From: Chrysomallon squamiferum
Lineage: Eukaryota > Animalia > Mollusca
DNA length: 64,000 bases
Assembly: GCA_012295275.1 (NCBI GenBank)
Contig: CM022665.1
Location: 28,520,001-28,584,000 of the forward strand
Direction of reading: 5' to 3'
The translations under genes were made by a program, and so were the position numbers. The notes under the pieces are model-generated. The model had not been told where the DNA came from, did no database searches, and worked only from the letters and a program-made list of their open reading frames with translations. Positions 57,620 to 64,000 of this stretch are shown here, in pieces (position 1 is the stretch's first letter; every line of letters begins with the position of its first letter).

Positions 57620-60600
57620 CAGCAGCAGCAGCATCACCACCATCACCATTATTACTATCACTCTATTTAAAAAAAATACTAAACAAACATGACATTTTTA
57701 ACAATTTTAAGTTTTCTTCCTGTTAGTAATTGGCAGTAACAGTTTTAAATGTTTTTCAAAATTAATAAAGAGTTTATTTAAGGCTCCAAATTAAATATTT
57801 AATAAAGGTAATCAGGGTTTTTTCTAATAAAATATTATATTCCTAAAACATAATTTTACTAAATATTCTGATATAAAGCATCCTAATCATAGAACTTCAA
57901 AATATCTTGAACACTAACACCAGAACATTTGTCCCATTTAACCTAAAAGTGGATAGCTTATATATATGTATATAATTTTTTTTTTTTCTTTCTTTTCCCA
58001 AAGACAAAATATGTAATCTGCATCGTTAAATCTTATTTTCTAAAACAAAATTTTGGGGCATGCATAAAATATTTCAAGGAAACCATATATTCAGAATGAA
58101 TGATAGAGGTTAAGAAGAGTTTAAAATGATTTATTCAGTATTCACTTTATGAAAATTACTTCTAAGATCACCACAAGAATATCTTGGGCCACTTCAGTGA
58201 TTATGTTTGAAATGTGCCTCCAGTGTTGTCACATGTTGACTAGTTCAGTAAAACTTGCTGTACTTAGAACTGCTGATACGCAGAAATGCTAACAGTAACA
58301 TTTAGTGACTGGCACTTGAATAATATACTCACTTGTAATAAAAGTCTTGCCTTTAACTTCACACTTTAAAGAGGTGATGGAATTAGTTGTAATTTTTGTA
58401 CAGTGGTATATTTTATTCAGAGCATTATTTTGCTTATGCTGTTTTGTTGTGTTTTAAGTAACGTCTGTTACAGTTGCATAGATTATTTGTCCATCTGTAA
58501 AATACAACTGTACATCTACAAATTATGAGTAAATATGAATGTGAGAGAGAGGCAGATACAGAGGGGGTGAGGGAGGGAGGGAGGGAGGGTTGAAGGAGTG
58601 GATTACAAATGTGATATTAAAATAAAATATTCATATTGAAAGATCTTACTTTAATTAAAGTATTTATTCTCTCTAGACACTGATATGTTTATATGCAGTT
58701 CTCTTGTTGTATTTGTTCACATGTTCTTTTGTTATTCCCTTACAGATTTATTTCCCTTTCTCAGCAAACGATTGGCTCAAACTGCATGTGACATTGGTAA
58801 GCTACTTTTTCAGTCATTTATTCCTTGAATTATTGTCTCAAAATATTTTTACATATCTTAATTTGTTCTCTTATTTTTTATACTTTAACACATTAAACAC
58901 ATTAAATAAATGTCAGCATTTGCTTTCATTGGCTTGAAAAAAACCCACCTGATTATTAGAATTTTCATTGAATTGAAAAGCAGTGTGTGTGTTTGCTTAA
59001 GAAGAGTTTCAGCTTTCACACTGATTTAAATATATACAGCTGAAAAGGAACTGCACAAATTGGCTGTTTTGGTACAAATTTGTTGACTGTCTTAAGTCTC
59101 AGTCAAAAACACTGTTTTATGTTCTTTACTTTTGCTAATCAATATGAAATTGCATCAAAATATAAATTAAGTTAATGGAAACATTTATAATTGTCAGTGT
59201 GATTAAAGTAGGTAACATCTAGTATGTTGCTATGGTTACAAAACACAAGTTCACTGTACTTGAGGAATCTTGAATGGTTTTAGAGAATATTTTTGAAATC
59301 ATTAATTTGAAAATCATGCCCTTTGGCTTTTATAGATAGAAAATAAATCAAAATAAATAAATATTTATTATAACAATAATTAAAAAAGGAAAATCCAAGA
59401 AAACACAAAAACAAAACAAATTGTGTGTTGATGCATTCATGTCTAACTGAAACTGAACAGTTTCACATTTACATTTGTATAAAGCATTCAATTTATTTAT
59501 TAGTGTTTTGAAACTACACATTTTTCACACTCTGTTGCCAATTAACACTTACATAATAATAAAGCAACAAAATCACAACATAAATATAAAATACTAAAAG
59601 AAAGAGCCAAGTAACTCTGAGAGAAAACCGTATCAGTTTCTACATTCAGAACAGTTTTATGTTTAATAAAGGAAAGATCATTGATGAATCCCTTAGGAAT
59701 AGATGACTGCTGTCTGTGGATATGCAACAGTGATCTTATGCTTTTAGATTCAATATTTTGTTAAAAGCTTGAAGATTATTTGTTTACTGTCAACCATGGT
59801 GACAAGCTAACAGATATTAATGCATTGTTTTTCACTGACATTACTGTTTGCCTTTCATTTAGCAAAGCATGCACTTGCACTATTGTCTTGTGCTATACTT
59901 TTTAAAGTTGAAAAGTGTTTTGGAGTGTTTGTTTTGTCACCATGGAATAATAGGTTGCAACTGTTTGGAGAGTCTCTCACTTTCTTTTATTATTATTATC
60001 ATCATTATTATTAAATAATATTTTTAAATATATTTAAAAAACTAAAAAAAAGTTGAAAATGATTAGAAACTCAAGATTTATATTTTTTTGTGTTATTGTT
60101 ATTACTATAATTTAAAAAAAAAAAAAAAAAAAGATGAAAAAAAGAAAGAAAATGCTGACATTTGGAATGAATATTCTAAGTTAAAAGGGTTAAATGCAAA
60201 AAAAAATGTATACTGGTCAGAAGTTTCTTTTGCCATGTCACATTTACATAAGATTTGTCAATAAAAATTAGTTTAGTTTATATATATATAATGTAATCAA
60301 TAATATAAACAAATAAAAGCAGTATTTCTATTATATGTAACCAAGAGGACTGTTAGGTTTGTAAAAGTAAATAATATTTTGTTGATTCTTTTATATATAT
60401 ATATATCAATGAAAATTATTACTGACTACTAATGTGTCAGATTTTCACTGTAGTCCTGGCTTTGAATAAAAAAAGAAAAATATTTATCCATTGCCATAGT
60501 AACTTGTCATGGTTCAGTTTTTATTTGCATGAAGCTGCTTTATTATTGGCATCTGTTGTTTGTAGCCATAGTCATATACATCTATGTAATAAAATAATAA

Positions 60601-62165
60601 TAAGAAAAAAAAACAAAAAACAAATGGTTAAAAAAATAAGAATGAATCAAAATTCTATTTCATATGATGAAAATCATAAATTCAGTTGTATTGATTATTC
60701 TGTTTATTGGTTATAATATACTGTTATAGGGTTATTTTAGGTAAAATCTTTTTTCAAGTTTAATAATTAAAATGGAAAATTGCTTGTAACTGTAGAACAT
60801 TTTTGTAGAATTTTTTATTTTTTATTATTTTTTTTTTTCCTCCAGATTCTGAAATTCAGGATGTAGCTGCAACTTTAGTGTCCTTAAAAGGATTTAGCAG
60901 TAGAAGTGAGTGGTTTGATTTTTCTTCTGTTATTACATTTTAACATGAGTCTGTCAAAATAGGTAATTAAGATGGCTTGCAAATTTGACATTGAGCATCA
61001 TGTTAAATTTCTTATGAAAATGTTATTAAATGACAATAATTTTAAAATTTAACCAGAATGTCTTACCAAAAAAATATCTTGATGGAAGAAAAATAATTTT
61101 AAAAATGTATTGGTTCAGTTTCATATTGTGACAAAACACAGCTTTTGAAAAATAAGAAAACTAAGTGAACTGGCTATGTAATAGAAGATTTATAAAGAAT
61201 GCCTCCATCATTATATACTATCTAAAATTGTTTTATAATGTATGAAAATAAATTTCAGATTCATCTGGCTTATCTTCTGATGGCTCTGAAAATAATTCTC
61301 CTAACTGGAAAATGACAAGAAGGAAACACAGGTAAATTATACTTTTACTTTTTGTTATAGTTATTAACTGTGATATTATTAGAAATTAAATTGCAATTCC
61401 AAACACTTAAAAATACCTTCATAATAATTTTGTACATTTACAGAAGAAAATAATAATAATAATGATCTTAATGATTTCAGAAATAAATGTTGAAGAATTA
61501 TAATGTAATGCATATTCAGGGACATATTCACAATGTGGATCTCTGAGTTTCTGAGTTGCTTTATTTTTTTTAAAATGTCATCTTGAATGTTGCATCTCCC
61601 CCATTTATGAAATTTTAGGTGCACTGGTATGAAATGCTGCTCACATTTACACTAACAGAAATTTGTTCATATTTAACATAAACTTATTGTCTGTAATTTC
61701 ACCAATTATTTTATTATTATTTCACCTTATGTTAATTCTTTTAGGCGACCATCAGGGCCAATTATCTGTACAGAGAACCCGAGCGCTGACCACACATACA
61801 GTGTGACAGTGATTGCCAATGAAGATGATTATCCCGCATCCCCTGCATCTTCCATTGATGAGGAATATGACTTTGGTTCTGAGGACGACCAGTGTGAAAG
61901 TGACTACCAGACTGACTTTGATTACGGTAGTGACTGCGGAAGAGATGAAGTGGATGGCGCTGTTCCCATGAACCCACGCAAACGATTCCGGGAAGACAGA
62001 ATGGCAGTAGATGAGGATGAGCAGCAGAAGATTGTTGAAGGAGCAGATGCTCTGTTAAATTTGGCGGGAATATTGACACAAAGACACACAAAGAAGACAG
62101 ATGTGACAAACAGTTCACAAACAGATAATATTCAAGTGAAACAGGAACCTGAATCAGGCTCCTAG
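44322..62165 (+). CDS. FOXN3: Forkhead box N2/3 (FOXN3/CHES1-like) transcription factor, 479 aa; exons 44322-44936, 51125-51288, 57402-57457, 58746-58796, 60846-60905, 61259-61331, 61745-62165
   Basis: [11 protein letters not shown] motif; forkhead [18 protein letters not shown]...[22 protein letters not shown]; [22 protein letters not shown]; DHTYS; C-terminal [12 protein letters not shown]. Seven exons join in frame (1440 nt). An invertebrate gene would be co-orthologous to FOXN2 and FOXN3. Confidence 0.93.
49837..49892. repeat. (GT)n/(TA)n microsatellite
   Basis: Direct reading. Confidence 0.92.
51125..51288 (+). CDS. FOXN3: FoxN2/3 coding exon 2 ([30 protein letters not shown]...)
   Basis: ttttacag acceptor, CG|gtaagt donor, end of forkhead domain. 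Confidence 0.95.
57402..57457 (+). CDS. FOXN3: FoxN2/3 small exon ([18 protein letters not shown]), 56 nt
   Basis: ttttcttgcag acceptor, C|gtgagt donor, phase 2 to 1 fits neighbours. Confidence 0.8.
57570..57659. repeat. (TTA)n(CAG)n(CAC/CAT)n compound repeat
   Basis: Direct reading. Confidence 0.9.
58746..58796 (+). CDS. FOXN3: FoxN2/3 small exon ([17 protein letters not shown]), 51 nt
   Basis: ccttacag acceptor, G|gtaagc donor, phase 1-1. Confidence 0.75.
60846..60905 (+). CDS. FOXN3: FoxN2/3 small exon ([20 protein letters not shown]), 60 nt
   Basis: Long polypyrimidine tract plus ccag, A|gtgagt donor, phase 1-1. Confidence 0.85.
61259..61331 (+). CDS. FOXN3: FoxN2/3 small exon ([24 protein letters not shown]), 73 nt
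   Basis: tttcag acceptor, AG|gtaaat donor, phase 1 to 2. Confidence 0.8.
61745..62165 (+). CDS. FOXN3: FoxN2/3 terminal coding exon (DHTYS, acidic region, [12 protein letters not shown])
   Basis: ttcttttag acceptor; frame matches ORF 61803-62165; TAG stop. Confidence 0.92.
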
Positions 62166-64000
62166 TGGATATGCAGAAATTAAACAGCTATTTTATATTA
62201 TTATTATTATTATTATTTTAATTTTTTTTTTTTTTTTTTAATCATTTGTAGACTGCCATATGAGATTTCAGGGTGCTGTATCATGCTTCAATGATTTTTA
62301 TTTCAAAAGCTACAGCAGGTGTATGCTTGGTTGTACCAGCAGAGATGGTCATGGTTGACTGCAATTTTATAGTCAATTTGTATCATTTGCAATGTTTGTT
62401 TTAAATGTTTTTGTATTTTATAAAAGTCACTGAATAATGAGCATTAATGTTTTTGAATATTTAAAATTTATTATAGAATTCATGATTATGGGCTTTTTTT
62501 TTACTTTCTGTTTTTTTAATTTAAAAATAATAGTAATTTGTCTCTGTGGAGAGTTGAAATGTTATTTCCCAGTGCAATTTCAGTTAACAAATTGTTGTTG
62601 TAGGTTTCTAAAATCAGTTGAATTTTTGGTGCTCAAAATAAAAACAAGATTGTCTCTTGGAGACAGATTAGTCTGTAATTGTGCAATTTTATTTTACATT
62701 ATGTAAATGTTCAGGTCAAAGCTGGATAACCATTATCTTGTTGGTTTTTTTTTTAATTCTTTTGTTTTGTTTTTTGCATTTTTTAAAAAGAATATTTGAT
62801 AATAATCACTTTAAAAGCATCTATGGTCTCAAAAAAGGGCTTTTTAGAAAATTTAAAAAGCCTTAGATGTAGCAGATGGTTGGTTAGAATGGTATAAATG
62901 TTACCATTTCTATTTATAAATCTGTTGTATGAAACTCTTAGTGTTTTGTTTGTATGATTCCCATTCATACAGGCAGAGAAATTCACTGTTAGAAAATATT
63001 CACCTTTTTATTATTTGTTTTCTTTTGTTTATTTCCCTTTAAACAGTTGGTTTTTAATCAAAAGATTTAAAAGTTTGAAAAGACTTGGCACTACTGAAAT
63101 TAGTTTGTTCTGGTGGTTTCATTCTTTTGTAAAGCAGTGCACATTTTTTCATTATTATGACTAGGATCTGGAAGGGGAAAGAGCAGATTTATTATTTTAA
63201 TTTTCTTTCTTACAGATATTTGTTTTAAATTTCAGTTAACCTGGTTATTTAAATATAACCTAACAATTTTTTTTTTTTTAAAAATGGAAAAAACAAAATA
63301 TGAACAGAATTTTTAAATTTGTTTTTAGGTTTATTTGTTTGGTTGAAAAAAGAAGTTTTTTCTCATATTGTTTTACATCATATTATTAAATAATTAGTTT
63401 CAAAATTATTATTTGTTGGATCATGGCATGTGTTTGTTACTGTTATTTAGTGCTCAGAGTGGGAACTTCCTCTCCTAAAGTGGCCATGACCTCCAAGCCT
63501 TTTTGTTTTTTGTTTTTTTTTATTTCGCATACTCTGCCTGTTGTGCATTAGGGAATCAACTGATTCCACATATTTTTGTTCAATATTTTTGTATGTAATA
63601 TTTCTGTTTTTTTTATTATTATTATTATTATTACTTTGCATTTAGTAGATTGTTTAACCATACATCATCATCATCCATATTGTTTTGTCTTTATTTCTTT
63701 TTGGCATTGGTATTATTTGTTGCTGATTTTGCTGAAATATTGTTCAGTGGTGAGAAACACAGTTTTGCTTAATAAATACCAAGACAACGTCATTAAATCA
63801 AACATAAAATTTTTGATTTTTTTTTTTTTTTTTTTGTAAATGGTAATTAACTTAATCTTCTTTGTTTTCATTTATTTTTTGTTAAAAAAAAGAAAAAAAA
63901 AAGGAACACCAAAACAAAAAGAAGAAAAAACCCCAAAACAAAAGGTTTTTAAAAATAATTTTAATTTCTTTCTTTTCTTTTTTTTCATGTGGAAGACACC

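Noticed and set aside
61762-62118. 118-aa minus-strand ORF
   Set aside because: Antisense shadow of the FoxN2/3 last exon.

Overview
AT-rich, microsatellite-rich animal genomic DNA with spliced genes, probably an invertebrate with mosaic methylation and possibly a mollusc (inference only). Almost all ORF-track entries are spurious. Manual exon assembly gives four complete genes: (1) a CIMIP1/C20orf85 (LLC1)-family ciliary microtubule inner protein (+, 18304-19642, 133 aa), which the ORF track misses; (2) EIF1AD (-, 22853-20536, 163 aa); (3) BANF1/BAF (-, 26114-25573, 90 aa); (4) FoxN2/3 forkhead factor (+, 7 coding exons, 44322-62165, 479 aa), probably transcribed from a promoter near 28.8 kb. 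Two splice-compatible exons of an unidentified minus-strand gene lie at 5529-5339 and 3308-3123. Points worth follow-up: BANF1-EIF1AD adjacency (also neighbours in human, but head-to-head there), a 141-bp near-perfect inverted repeat abutting the BANF1 splice acceptor, about 15 RFX X-box-like palindromes in FoxN2/3 introns, a G.U-rich hairpin in an EIF1AD intron, in-frame skippable FoxN2/3 small exons, and a sharp CpG-rich/CpG-poor mosaic. I found no clear evidence of a wholly new biological system; these are leads, not discoveries.
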